Source: Phycisphaerae bacterium (GTDB lineage Bacteria > Planctomycetota > Phycisphaerae > UBA1845). From it: a DNA stretch of 64,000 nt. Positions 7,907 to 18,230 of this stretch are shown here, piece by piece (position 1 is the first letter of the stretch; every line of letters begins with the position of its first letter). Under the pieces are notes generated by a model. It saw only the letters and a program-made list of their open reading frames with translations, was not told the DNA's origin and did not search any database. The position numbers and the translations under genes are program-made. The stretch is from contig CAXXGO010000003.1 of NCBI GenBank assembly GCA_963666835.2, positions 128,001 through 192,000 of the forward strand, read 5' to 3'.

Positions 7907-9658
7907 CTACGACGTCTTGCGGGCGCATTCCGTTTCCATGGCGTGCTTAATCAGCGCCTGCACGGTCGAAGTCACCTGATCCGGCGCGACCTTCTGCGTA
8001 TCGCCGGTGCGGCGGGTCTGGATCTCGACGACCCCGTCGGCCAGAGCCCGTTTCCCGACCGTCAGACGGATCGGAATGCCGATCAGTTCCGCGTCCTTGA
8101 ACTTGAACCCCGGGCGGGCGTCGCGATCGTCATAGAGGACCTCGACCCCGGCCTCCTCCAGCTCAGCGTGGAGCTTCTCCGCCAGCGCCGTGACCTGTTC
8201 CTCGCGAATATCCAGAGCACACAGCACGACCTGGAACGGGGCGATGGCCATCGGCCAGGTGATGCCCTTGTCATCGTGGCACGCCTCAACCGCGGCGGCC
8301 ATGATCCGGTTAACGCCGATGCCGTAACAGCCCATGATGAGTGGGTGACTTTTGCCGTTGTCGTCGAGGTAGTCAGCGTGCAATGCGGCGGAGTACTTCG
8401 TACCGAGTTTGAAGACGTGCCCGACCTCAATGCACTTCTTGAATACCAAGGGCGAGCCGTTTGGAGCGCAGTCGCCCTGCACGGCCGAGCGAATATCCGC
8501 GGATTCTTTGATCTCGAAATCACGCCCGGGATTGACGCCGGTGATGTGATAATCGGTCTTATTGGCGCCGGTGACGGCATCACGCATCATCGTCACGGCT
8601 TGATCGGCGATCACGCGAGCTTCCAAGCCCACCGGTCCGGCGAAGCCGACGCCTGCGCCGGTAACTTCGCGGATCAGCTCCGGGTCGGCCTGCGTAACAG
8701 CCCCAACCTTGGCGGCCCGGGCGAGTTTGCTCTCGTTGACTTCGTGATCACCGCGGACCAGCGCTACCAGGGGCTTGCCCTCGGCTTCGAAGATGATCGT
8801 CTTGATCATGTTCTGCGGCTTGCACTTCAGGAATCCGGAGACCTCCTCGATCGTCGCGAAGTTCGGCGTATGGACTTCCGTAAGGGGTGCGTCTCCTCCG
8901 GGTTGAGTCTCAGTCAGGGGGGCAACCTCGGCTCTCTCCAGGTTCGCGGCGTAGGACCCGTCCTCTGCCTGAACCAGATAGTCCTCCCCCGCGTCGGTGG
9001 GGACCATGAACTCGTGCGACGCATCGCCGCCGATGGGGCCTGACTCCGCCTGCACCGCGCAGTACGGTGAGCCACACCGGCTGAAGATCGCGCAGTACGC
9101 GGCGTACATGCGTTCGTAGGTCTCGTCGAGCCCGCCGGCACCTTCCTTGGCCGCGTGGAAGGAGTAGGCATCCTTCATAAGGAACTCGCGGGTCCGCAGG
9201 ATTCCGCTCTTGGGCCTGGCTTCGCCGCGGAACTTGGTCTGAATCTGGTATAGCGTTACCGGAAGCTGTTTGTAGCTTTTCAGGTAGGCCCGGGCGATCT
9301 CGGTGATGATCTCCTCATGGGTCGGGCCCAGCACCGTTCGAGATCGCCAGTCATCGGTTCCCCCGCCGCCGAGACGCAGTAGAACATCGCCCATCGCTTC
9401 GACGCGCCCGGTCTGCTCCCACAGTTCGATTGGGTGCATGGCGGGCATGTGCAATTCGATAGCCCCGGCCGCGTTCATCTCCTCGCGGACGATCGCCTCG
9501 ACCTTCCGGAGCGAGCGGTAGCCCAGCGGGAGGTACGAGTACGCTCCGGCCACGACCTGGCGGATGAGGCCGGCGCGGATCATGAGCTTGTGAGACGGCA
9601 CGACAGCGTCGGCCGGGGATTCTTTCGATGTCGGAATGAAGAATTCTGTCCATTTCAT
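7907..9658 (-). CDS. proS: Proline--tRNA ligase (bacterial type with editing domain)
   Basis: SHKLMIRAGLI, GPTHEE, YQIQTKFR, REFLMKDAYSF, MGCYGIG motifs. Confidence 0.97.
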   Translation of the reverse strand: MKWTEFFIPTSKESPADAVVPSHKLMIRAGLIRQVVAGAYSYLPLGYRSLRKVEAIVREEMNAAGAIELHMPAMHPIELWEQTGRVEAMGDVLLRLGGGGTDDWRSRTVLGPTHEEIITEIARAYLKSYKQLPVTLYQIQTKFRGEARPKSGILRTREFLMKDAYSFHAAKEGAGGLDETYERMYAAYCAIFSRCGSPYCAVQAESGPIGGDASHEFMVPTDAGEDYLVQAEDGSYAANLERAEVAPLTETQPGGDAPLTEVHTPNFATIEEVSGFLKCKPQNMIKTIIFEAEGKPLVALVRGDHEVNESKLARAAKVGAVTQADPELIREVTGAGVGFAGPVGLEARVIADQAVTMMRDAVTGANKTDYHITGVNPGRDFEIKESADIRSAVQGDCAPNGSPLVFKKCIEVGHVFKLGTKYSAALHADYLDDNGKSHPLIMGCYGIGVNRIMAAAVEACHDDKGITWPMAIAPFQVVLCALDIREEQVTALAEKLHAELEEAGVEVLYDDRDARPGFKFKDAELIGIPIRLTVGKRALADGVVEIQTRRTGDTQKVAPDQVTSTVQALIKHAMETECARKTS

Positions 9659-9728
9659 AGTGAGAGAATGAATACCGGCGAGCCGAGCAGAAAGCAAGCC
9701 GCACCGTCTGTTGGAGCGCGATAAGGGC

Positions 9729-9784
9729 TTATATACGAAGAGCGGCTGCCCTCCCTGGCCAGCCGCTCGCCCATTCGCTCTTCG
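9729..9784 (-). terminator. Hairpin between dnaA and proS (possible terminator, with an alternative pairing)
   Basis: 9-bp stem GAGCGGCTG/CAGCCGCTC followed by TTCGTATAT on the minus strand. Confidence 0.4.
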
Positions 9785-9831
9785 CGTTGATTAAGGTCGG
9801 ACTTGTGTTCCTGACAGCGCCGGGAACGCTA

Positions 9832-11286
9832 TTACATGATCTGAGCAGCGGCCTCGGAGCAGCTTCCCGCCCGAGACACGCCGAATTGCTCCTCGAGTTC
9901 TTCGACGAGAACGGCGAGGTTTTGCTCTTTCTGCCCCGCGGGCGTAATCCAGCGGGCGGACTCGTTAGCCTGGAGCATCTTCGAGATCCGCCGACACGCC
10001 AGGATCACCGTAGAGTGGTTCTTGTTGCCCATGAACCGGCCGATCTCCGGGAAACTCATGTCCGTATGCTTCCTCGCGAGATACATCGCGATTCCTCGTG
10101 CCAGGGCGATCGTCCGTGATTTCCGCGACGTATGGAGATCGGCCGGTGTCAGGCCGAAGAAGATCGCCACGATACTCTCAATGTCGGAGAGCATTACTAC
10201 CGGGGCGGTCTGTCGAATCAGATCGCGAATCGCCCGCTCCGCCAGCGCGAGTGTTATTGGTTGGCGGACGAGCTGGGCTTGAGCGACGACCTTGAGCAGG
10301 GCGCCTTCAAGCTCGCGGATATTAGCGCGGAAGTTCTCCGCGATATACATAATGACCGGTTCGCCGATTTCGACCTTCAGGCGGGCGGCGCGGCGGCGGA
10401 GAACTTCCGCACGTACGGTGACGTCCGGTGAATCGATCCGGACGACCATGCCCGACAGGAACCGGCTGACGAGGGACTCCGAGAAATGGCCGATCATCTT
10501 TGGATGGGCATCGGACGCCAGGACGATTTGCTTGCCCGCGGCGTCGATCGCCTTGAAGGTGTGCAGGAACTCCGCCTGGGTAGCCCGCTTGTTGGCGAAG
10601 TAATGCACGTCGTCAATCACCAGCACATCCAGGCTCCGATAGCGGCTGCGGAAGGCGTCTTCTTCGTGAGCCTTGATCGAGTACACATAGTCGTTGGTGA
10701 ATTCCTCGCCCGACACATAACGCCAACGAAGATCCGGGTGGTGCTCGGTAAGGCCGTTGCAGACAGCCTGCAACAGATGCGTTTTGCCCAGTCCACACCC
10801 GCCGTGGATGAAAAGGGGGTTATACTCCGATGCCGGGTTTTCCAGCACACTAACCGCAGCAGCGTGCGCCAGCCGGTTGGACGGTCCCGCGACGAAGTCT
10901 TCCAGCTTGCCCTTGAGGATCGGCGCTGCCGGCCGAGCCCCGCCCCGGCGGTGTTCCCGAGCCAACCTCTCGGGGTTGTTCGCGGCAAAATCGACCTGCC
11001 GGTCGGGCTGCTTCTTTCCCAGGTTTCGGGCGAGACCCGGGTCGATGGCGAAGCTGAGCGTAAAATCGTCCCCGGTTACCTCCCGGGCGGCTTCGCTGAT
11101 CGTGTCGGCAAAATGGCGTTCGATCCACTCGCCCACGAAATGATTGGGAGCGCTGACGCGCAGGTAGTCCTCGGTGAACGTAAAGCACGTAGCATTTCGG
11201 AACCATACGTTGAACCGCTGCGGACCAAGCTTGTCCGCAATGCGCGATTCCAGTGAAGATACGGCATCTTCAGCGCATGTAATCAC
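9832..11286 (-). CDS. dnaA: Chromosomal replication initiator DnaA
   Basis: YNPLFIHGGCGLGKTHL, LVIDDV, RELEGAL, SFPEIG...NHSTV; AAGGAG RBS before GTG. Confidence 0.97.
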   Translation of the reverse strand: MITCAEDAVSSLESRIADKLGPQRFNVWFRNATCFTFTEDYLRVSAPNHFVGEWIERHFADTISEAAREVTGDDFTLSFAIDPGLARNLGKKQPDRQVDFAANNPERLAREHRRGGARPAAPILKGKLEDFVAGPSNRLAHAAAVSVLENPASEYNPLFIHGGCGLGKTHLLQAVCNGLTEHHPDLRWRYVSGEEFTNDYVYSIKAHEEDAFRSRYRSLDVLVIDDVHYFANKRATQAEFLHTFKAIDAAGKQIVLASDAHPKMIGHFSESLVSRFLSGMVVRIDSPDVTVRAEVLRRRAARLKVEIGEPVIMYIAENFRANIRELEGALLKVVAQAQLVRQPITLALAERAIRDLIRQTAPVVMLSDIESIVAIFFGLTPADLHTSRKSRTIALARGIAMYLARKHTDMSFPEIGRFMGNKNHSTVILACRRISKMLQANESARWITPAGQKEQNLAVLVEELEEQFGVSRAGSCSEAAAQIM

Positions 11287-11518
11287 CGTGAGCTCCTTGA
11301 AAACGGAAGGAACCAGAAAAACCCGGAAGCCAGTAAGGATGTTACTCGGACAAAAAAACTTTTCGGTAAGAATCCTGCGTTGGCGATAACCGTCAGGCGT
11401 TTAGCGACCACGCCTCACGGCCGTGCCCCGCCGTTGCTATGACATGAAAGATATCATTCGCTTATCGGTCCGTCAACAGGAAAGACCGGTACACAAGCTC
11501 CCAAATGTCCGTGCTTCT

Positions 11519-11618
11519 CTGTTAACAAGAACTTAACGCGCGAAGTTTTTTTTTCCCCACCGGCAGTGCCCGGATGTTAACGGATATGTGGATAAGTGCA
11601 GACTTGCCTGTGAGGAAC
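11519..11618. promoter_or_regulatory. DnaA-box cluster upstream of dnaA
   Basis: Perfect TGTGGATAA (reverse complement TTATCCACA) at 11587-11595; 2-mismatch boxes TGTTAACAA (11520) and TGTGAGGAA (11610); AT-rich context. Confidence 0.65.
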
Positions 11619-11626
11619 GTCCAAGG

Positions 11627-12571
11627 TCATGTCCCGGGGGAACTTGCGATCCAGGCCGCCCGCACTCCAACCTGCCGAAAGGACCAGCGCCGGTACATCC
11701 GCCGGGCGGGAGCGTTACGAACGTCCACCGCTAGTGTCAGATACCTGGCATTTTCGCGCTCGGTCAAAGTGACGGCCCGCGCCAGCAAGGCGTCCGCAAC
11801 TCCCGTCCCTCGCGCAGGTTGCGATACGCCGATGTACACGACCTCCAACGCCGGTTGGCTGGTAACTCGATTGAGTAGCAGGACCCCCACGGGTATACCC
11901 TGCCTTGTGGCTACCCACCAGAGGGACGGGTCGAAGATGCCGGTGGCTTTGTGCCCGGCCAGAATCTCGCCGGTTGAACGTATTCCCGTAAGTTCCGGAC
12001 AATCAAGACTTTGTATGTACGTGGCCTCCAACGCACGGCGGAAAACTTGCGCCTGCACATCGGAGTACCCGACCCAGCACAGGTCGGGATCGCCGGGCGC
12101 GGACCACTCGCGGCCGGGGCATTGACGCTGCAAGTAGAGCAATTCCGTAACGTATGTGAACCCGGCATCGCGAACGAGTGACGCACTGTTCGAGGCGGCC
12201 GGATCGACCAGGACCTCCAGCAGTTTGATCGATCGGGTCCATGCGGCTTGCTGGAGTGCCCAAAGGGCGGTCAGCGTTGCATCGCGGCCTGGACCGTCGG
12301 GTTGGTCGGGGTTGACGTATACCAGGGCCGCCGCTCCGGGAGGCTCCAAGGCCACGCATGCGCCTACGAGACGATTGCCGAGGAAGGCTCCGAAGACCAG
12401 TTCCAGCGATAGCGTCTGCCGATGCGCGGCCGCGCGTAGGCTCGCGACCTGCCGTGCGGAGCTTCCATCAGCCGATGGGCTGACCCCCAGGGCCACATGG
12501 AGCGCGGCTTCGTAATCCGGGCTATCCGAGGGTATCTGCCGTGCTGAGAAACGGTGCCCCTTGCCTTCCAT
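11627..12571 (-). CDS. Tandem GNAT family N-acetyltransferase
   Basis: YIGVSQPARGTGVA acetyl-CoA motif; LAVDVRNAPARRMY. Confidence 0.85.
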   Translation of the reverse strand: MEGKGHRFSARQIPSDSPDYEAALHVALGVSPSADGSSARQVASLRAAAHRQTLSLELVFGAFLGNRLVGACVALEPPGAAALVYVNPDQPDGPGRDATLTALWALQQAAWTRSIKLLEVLVDPAASNSASLVRDAGFTYVTELLYLQRQCPGREWSAPGDPDLCWVGYSDVQAQVFRRALEATYIQSLDCPELTGIRSTGEILAGHKATGIFDPSLWWVATRQGIPVGVLLLNRVTSQPALEVVYIGVSQPARGTGVADALLARAVTLTERENARYLTLAVDVRNAPARRMYRRWSFRQVGVRAAWIASSPGT

Positions 12572-13063
12572 CTACGCGCTCCTGCCGCCCGCATTCCGGC
12601 TTCGAAGTCGCGTCCATTGACCGGGCCGGACTAACAGTCAGTCTAGGGCGAACACTGCGGGGGCTCAAACCCGATCATAGGTGTGCCCACGAAGAGCACA
12701 GGCGCTTGTCCATCTGGTCTCGCCGGTGGCAGGGGAGCGAGAGTTGATTGACGTCCCCACTCTATCCCCTATGTTGCCCAGATTGACCCCTGCTCGCGAT
12801 GGTGTGAGTCTCGTGATTCCGTTTCCCGTCATGGCGCGGCCGGCCGCTCGGACCGCTTGGGATGTGGGCGAGGCGGAAGATGGTACGCACAGAGTCGAAC
12901 GCTTCCTGGGGTGTGATGCTCAACGCTGGTACACTCTGGGGTCTGCTGCGGTCTACTCGGTGGCGACGCAAGCCGCCCGTACGCGCGGGGGGATCGCCGT
13001 TGAATCCGGACCGGACAGTGCCGGGCCTTTCGTGTTCTGCCCCGGTTCTGCAAGGAAGACCCA

Positions 13064-13690
13064 ATGTTGATGCGATCGATCAGTGTTCTCGGGTCGCTTT
13101 GGGGGCCAATGGCATACGGAGCCCTGGCGATGATCGCCGCATCGGTTGTCGGCTGGCTTGTGGCCGCCTATCGGCCGTTTCCGCCGGTCCGGTTGGTTTC
13201 TTGGTGGATTCGGCGGGTTATCTGGCCGTTGCTCACGCCCGCATCGTGGCTTCAGCGGACGGCGGTCATACTTGCCAACAACTCCACCTTGCTGGCGCTG
13301 TTGGTGTTTCTGGGGAGATGGCGATTCGCGGGTCCGATCGGAGTGGTTGTGTTGGGGCTCAGCCTCGGAATGGCGTTGCGCGCCTTGGCTGCGGAGACCA
13401 ACGGTCCGGAGTTTACAGAATCCGTGCTCGATCTGAAGGCCCGGCGGAGAATGTGGATCGGGGTGACGCTGAACCTCCTGGAGGTCCCGGCGATTGTGGT
13501 GGCGATCGGGCTCAGTATCGGTCTGCGGACGGTTCCTCTGGACTCAGGGGCGGTCTGGGATGCGTTTGGAGTGCTGGTATTGCCTGCTCTGGTGCTTGCA
13601 GCAGCAGGTGAGGCGCTTTGGCTGGGCGTTGATCCTGGAACCGGCGGGGCTCAGAGCCCGGACGAACCTCAACGGGATCCGCCGGAATAG
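13064..13690 (+). CDS. Membrane protein, SpoIIM-like
   Basis: ILANN and NLLEVPA motifs; about 5 TM segments. Confidence 0.55.
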   Translation: MLMRSISVLGSLWGPMAYGALAMIAASVVGWLVAAYRPFPPVRLVSWWIRRVIWPLLTPASWLQRTAVILANNSTLLALLVFLGRWRFAGPIGVVVLGLSLGMALRALAAETNGPEFTESVLDLKARRRMWIGVTLNLLEVPAIVVAIGLSIGLRTVPLDSGAVWDAFGVLVLPALVLAAAGEALWLGVDPGTGGAQSPDEPQRDPPE

Positions 13691-13757
13691 GTGAAGGGCC
13701 CGTCGCGCCGCGTGCGTCAGCCCGTACCGGGTGCGCCTATTGCGGAACCGCGGGTTA

Positions 13758-14186
13758 CTAAGCAGACGCCGGATAACGTCCGGCGCGTGCGCCGGGTATC
13801 TCTCGCGCGAGCGAGTCCAGCAGCCGCAAAAGGACCTTCATGTCGCATGGCTTGGCAATGAAGTAATCACCACCGGCAAAGTCGACCATCTGACCGAAGT
13901 AGGCTCGGGTCATGTTGTCTTTAATCTCCGCCATTATGATGATTGCGACATCGTAATCGCGGGTCTCGTGGCGTACCGATTCGACGACCTCGTACCCGTC
14001 CAAATCCGCGAAGCCGATGTCTATCAGGAGAATGTCCGGTGTCTCGATGTCGCACAAGAGGATTACGTCTTCTCCGGAACTGGCCGCGTGTACGGTATAT
14101 CCGGCGTCCTCAAGCTGCCTCCGCATGGCGGTAAGACTGTCCAGATGGCTGTCGGCCAAGCCGATCAGCGGTGACCTGCGGTACAT
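13758..14186 (-). CDS. Stand-alone response regulator receiver (atypical)
   Basis: PDILLID...DGYEV, GGDYFIAKP; GGAGAAG RBS. Confidence 0.8.
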   Translation of the reverse strand: MYRRSPLIGLADSHLDSLTAMRRQLEDAGYTVHAASSGEDVILLCDIETPDILLIDIGFADLDGYEVVESVRHETRDYDVAIIIMAEIKDNMTRAYFGQMVDFAGGDYFIAKPCDMKVLLRLLDSLAREIPGARAGRYPASA

Positions 14187-14391
14187 GACTTCTCCTTCCC
14201 CCGGTCGTCCGTTCCGTTCTTCCGCGCCGGTGTTCTCAGCTTCCCCCGGCCGCGGCAGTCTTCTCTTACGACGTGTGGATGCGACGCCGCGGCACGAGAA
14301 AGTGTAGGATATAAACACCGGGCGCGGCAAAACCGTGACGGGAAGGGCGGAGCAGAAGCGTTTGGCCAATAATCGGGCGGATCCCGGCCGG

Positions 14392-14865
14392 TCAATACGG
14401 ATTAGGGTTGGGACCTTGTTGCCATTGTTCAAACAAACCTCGACACTCGTCGCGCAGAACGCCGGAGTGGATTGTCACGGGACCACCGCTTTCGCAGACG
14501 GTTCGGCAGGAGATGGGTAGCTCGTTGAACCCTGCGCTGCGGGCATCTTCAATATCGGCCCCAAAGGCAATATCGGTAATCCCGGCCCAGTGAATGGCGG
14601 CAGCGCACATCGGACAGGGTTCGCACGTTGCGGCCATGACGCATCCGTCGAGTTTGATGGTCCCGAGTCGACGGCAAGCTTCGCGGATTGCGTTAATCTC
14701 CGCGTGGGCGGTGGAATCGCAGGAACTTCTCACGGTGTTGTGAGCCGCGGCAATCAGGTTCCCGCCGGCATCGGAGATGGCGGCTCCGAAAGGGCTCTCG
14801 CCCGCGCGGATACCCCGATGGGCAACGGCAATGGCTTCGTGCATCGTACGGGTGCAGTCGGACAT
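14392..14865 (-). CDS. Nucleoside/nucleobase deaminase (guanine deaminase-like, CDA superfamily)
   Basis: PFGA, HAEINAIR, EPCPMC zinc motif. Confidence 0.9.
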   Translation of the reverse strand: MSDCTRTMHEAIAVAHRGIRAGESPFGAAISDAGGNLIAAAHNTVRSSCDSTAHAEINAIREACRRLGTIKLDGCVMAATCEPCPMCAAAIHWAGITDIAFGADIEDARSAGFNELPISCRTVCESGGPVTIHSGVLRDECRGLFEQWQQGPNPNPY

Positions 14866-15039
14866 ACACTTCCTATCGGGTGACGGCCTTGCCTCAGTAT
14901 ACGAGTATCTTAAGATCGGTCGTCGGTTCGTAGCCGACTCCCCGCGTCGGCCTTTGGTTCCGGGCGTTCCGGACCGGGCCGGCAGCGTGAGAAACTGCTT
15001 TTGTCCCCACCGAAACCTGCAATAACCGAGTCGGCTTCG

Positions 15040-17685
15040 ATGCCCACTTCGTCGGCGGTTGATTCCCTCACGCCGGCGATGCGCCAGTATGTGGAGCAGA
15101 AGGAACGGGTAAAAGATGCCGTTTTGCTGTTTCGCATGGGGGACTTCTACGAGACGTTCTGGGACGACGCCGTTCTGTGTTCCAAGGTGCTCGGTATCAC
15201 CCTTACGTCTCGTTCGAAGAAGGACGACCGGCCGATACCGCTGGCCGGGATCCCGCATCACGCCCTGGATTCGTACCTTCGAAGGTTGGTGGCGGCCGGG
15301 CACAAGGTGGCGATCTCCGAGCAGCTTGAGGATCCCAAACAGGCCAAGGGGGTCGTTAGGCGCGACGTGGTCCGGATCGTGACGGCCGGCACTCTGACTG
15401 AGGAGGCATTGTTGGATGATCGCTCCGACAATGTGCTGGCCTCTATCTGGCTACGAAACGGTGAAGCCGGTCTGGCTCTGGTGGAACTGGCCAGTGGTCG
15501 GTTCGAAGTGGTGGAGGTTGCCCCGGACGGTCTGCTAGATGAATTGGTGCGCAGTCGCCCGGCGGAGCTGCTTATCGACGACGATCGCGGCGGTGCGGTT
15601 GAAGAAGTCGGCGAGCAGGTGCGGCAGGTCTGCGGCGCGGTGGTCAGCCGCCGCCCCGCGCACGAATTCTCGGAGTATCAGGCGGAGCAGGCGCTGTTGC
15701 AGCACTTCGGCGTAAGCACGCTGGCCGGGTTCGGCTTTGCCGAGATGACCGCATCGCTAAGGGCCGCCGGATGCGTCGTGCAGTACTTACAGGAGACGCA
15801 GAAGACGGCGCTCGGGCACATTACCGCTATTCGGCACCGTCTCTGCGATGAGTATGTGCAGATCGACCACAGCAGTTGGCGTTCTCTGGAGATTGATCGG
15901 ACTCTGCGTAGTGGGGCGCGCGAGGGCACCTTGTTGAATGCGATCGATCGGACGGTTCATCCGACCGGCGGTCGAAAGCTCTCACACTGGTTGCGTACGC
16001 CCTGCACGGCGGCCTCGGACATCATCCGGCGGCAGGATGCTGTGGGAGCACTGGTCCTGGAGGACGCGGTCCGCGGGCGGATTCGTAACCTGGTCAAGTC
16101 GATGGCGGATGTGGAACGGATTGCCGCGCGAGTGGCGTTGAACCGGGCGACGCCGCGAGACCTTTACGGTCTGGGGCAGACCTTGGGCAAGCTGCCGGCG
16201 TTAACCGCGGAGCTGGAGCATGTCCAAGTGCGCTTTCTAATGGAGGTCGCAGACGATTTTGCAGGGATGGACGAACTGGCCGGTTTTCTCGAGCGAGCGA
16301 TCCACGAGGATCCGCCGCCGGGGATGGCCGAAGGAGGGTTTGTCGCCGAGGGCTTCAACGAGGAGCTTGATCGCTTGCGGGCGATCGGCAAAGACGGGCA
16401 GAGTTGGCTCTTGGAGTATCAATTGCGCGAGGTGGAACGAACCGGTATTGCAGCTCTTAAGGTCGGGTTCAACCGGGTCTTCGGGTATTACCTCGAGGTT
16501 CCGAACAGCGGGCGTAATCACGTTCCGCCCGAGTACGTACGCAAGCAGACCATCAAGAACGCCGAGCGTTACATTACCGACGAACTAAAGAAGTACGAGA
16601 CCGAGGTGCTTTCCGCGGCAGACCGCGCCCGCGAGCTGGAGATTCGCCTCTTCGAGCAGATCAGGACCGAGGTAGCCGGGCGGATGCGGTCTCTACTAAG
16701 TGTGGCGGACGGTCTCGGTCGCCTCGATTGTGTCGCCGGGTTGGCAGAGCTGGCCGGGCAACGCCGGTACGCGAGACCGGAGATAGTGGAAGGCGTGGTT
16801 CTTGACATTCGCGAGGGTCGCCATCCGGTGCTCGATCAGACGTTGGGGGATGGGTTCGTTCCGAACGACACGGTGATGGAGGATCCGGATTCGCGGGTCT
16901 TCGTGATTACCGGTCCGAACATGGCGGGCAAGAGCACGTACATTCGCCAGGTGGCGCTGCTTACGCTCTTGGCGCAGACGGGGTCGTTCGTCCCGGCCCG
17001 CAGCATGAAGTTCTCCATTGTTGACCGCATCTTCGCCCGTGTGGGCGCTTCCGACGAGATCATGCGGGGGCAGTCGACGTTCATGGTGGAGATGACCGAA
17101 GCGGCCAACATTTTGCACAATGCCACGAAACGCTCGCTCGTTGTGCTGGACGAATTAGGGCGGGGAACCAGCACTTTCGACGGCTTGTCGTTGGCTTGGG
17201 CGATCAGCGAGCACCTCGCCAACGAGACCAAGTGTCGGACTCTTGTCGCTACGCATTACCATGAGCTGACCGAGCTGGCCGAATTACTGAAGGGGGTGCG
17301 CAACTTCAATGTAGCGGTGCGCGAGTGCCCCGGTGTGGAGCGTCAAGAAGAGGGCATTGTCTTTCTGCACCGGATCGTGGAGGGCGGGGCCAGCAAGAGC
17401 TATGGGGTTCATGTGGCGCGGCTCGCCGGAATCCCGCGCCCGGTTATCCGCCGGAGCCGGGAGGTCCTGGACGAACTCCAGCGCGGCTTCGAGCGCGAAT
17501 CACGCACTCCGCAATTGGCGAGCCGCAAGACTCAAGACAATGCCCAAATGACCCTCTTCCGTGACCCGGGCGAGGATTTGCTTGATGAGCTCGCCGGGTT
17601 GGACCCGGCACGGATGACCCCTCTGGAGGCTCTCCAGCAACTGGCACAATGGAAGGAACGATTCCCGCCCGGCACCGCACCCTAA
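15040..17685 (+). CDS. mutS: DNA mismatch repair protein MutS
   Basis: FRMGDFYE, TGPNMAGKST, STFMVEM, DELGRGTST, ATHYHEL. Confidence 0.97.
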   Translation: MPTSSAVDSLTPAMRQYVEQKERVKDAVLLFRMGDFYETFWDDAVLCSKVLGITLTSRSKKDDRPIPLAGIPHHALDSYLRRLVAAGHKVAISEQLEDPKQAKGVVRRDVVRIVTAGTLTEEALLDDRSDNVLASIWLRNGEAGLALVELASGRFEVVEVAPDGLLDELVRSRPAELLIDDDRGGAVEEVGEQVRQVCGAVVSRRPAHEFSEYQAEQALLQHFGVSTLAGFGFAEMTASLRAAGCVVQYLQETQKTALGHITAIRHRLCDEYVQIDHSSWRSLEIDRTLRSGAREGTLLNAIDRTVHPTGGRKLSHWLRTPCTAASDIIRRQDAVGALVLEDAVRGRIRNLVKSMADVERIAARVALNRATPRDLYGLGQTLGKLPALTAELEHVQVRFLMEVADDFAGMDELAGFLERAIHEDPPPGMAEGGFVAEGFNEELDRLRAIGKDGQSWLLEYQLREVERTGIAALKVGFNRVFGYYLEVPNSGRNHVPPEYVRKQTIKNAERYITDELKKYETEVLSAADRARELEIRLFEQIRTEVAGRMRSLLSVADGLGRLDCVAGLAELAGQRRYARPEIVEGVVLDIREGRHPVLDQTLGDGFVPNDTVMEDPDSRVFVITGPNMAGKSTYIRQVALLTLLAQTGSFVPARSMKFSIVDRIFARVGASDEIMRGQSTFMVEMTEAANILHNATKRSLVVLDELGRGTSTFDGLSLAWAISEHLANETKCRTLVATHYHELTELAELLKGVRNFNVAVRECPGVERQEEGIVFLHRIVEGGASKSYGVHVARLAGIPRPVIRRSREVLDELQRGFERESRTPQLASRKTQDNAQMTLFRDPGEDLLDELAGLDPARMTPLEALQQLAQWKERFPPGTAP

Positions 17686-18083
17686 CCGTGAGTCTTGGCG
17701 GCGAGCAGGCTCCGCACCAAGTCGACTAAGGCGGTGCGGTCTATCGGTTTGGACAGATAGTCGTCTGCTCCGCATTCGGCGGCCCGTTCGATGTCTCCGG
17801 TTTCATTCAACGCGGTGACCATTACCACGACGATGTCCCGTGTGTCCGGGTTACTTTTGATCCGTTTGCACACTTCGAAACCGGACATCTTCGGCATCAT
17901 GATGTCAAGGAGAAGAAGGTCAGGAGACTCCTGCTCCACCATCTCCATTGCCTCAAGCCCGTTGGTGGCCGTGATTACGCGCACATCAGGTACGCCCTCC
18001 ATGTACACTTCAAGGAGTTCGAGGTTCTGGGCATTGTCATCCACGAGCAGCACCGTCTGCTGCGTATCCCCGTCACTGGCCAT
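17682..18083 (-). CDS. Stand-alone response regulator receiver
   Basis: LLVDD, LLDIMMP, MVTA, DYLSKP. Confidence 0.9.
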   Translation of the reverse strand: MASDGDTQQTVLLVDDNAQNLELLEVYMEGVPDVRVITATNGLEAMEMVEQESPDLLLLDIMMPKMSGFEVCKRIKSNPDTRDIVVVMVTALNETGDIERAAECGADDYLSKPIDRTALVDLVRSLLAAKTHG

Positions 18084-18230
18084 GTGATTCTCCGTTCGTC
18101 AATCCGTCGCCACTGCCTGTGTTTCTTTGCGCTGCCACGGCAGCTCCCGGCACGCCCCGATTGTACCCGCGTTGGCACCTGGAGTCACCTCGCTTGTTGG
18201 AGAGCCCGCTGGGCGTACCGTTGTACAGGG

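Noticed and set aside
12681..13070. Overlapping short ORFs or a possible RNA gene between the GNAT and SpoIIM-like genes
   Set aside because: No RBS or protein motifs, and no tRNA or known ncRNA fold recognised
14392..17685. Functional link between the divergent deaminase and mutS (mutator module)
   Set aside because: The deaminase looks like an ordinary free-base/nucleoside enzyme; adjacency alone is not evidence
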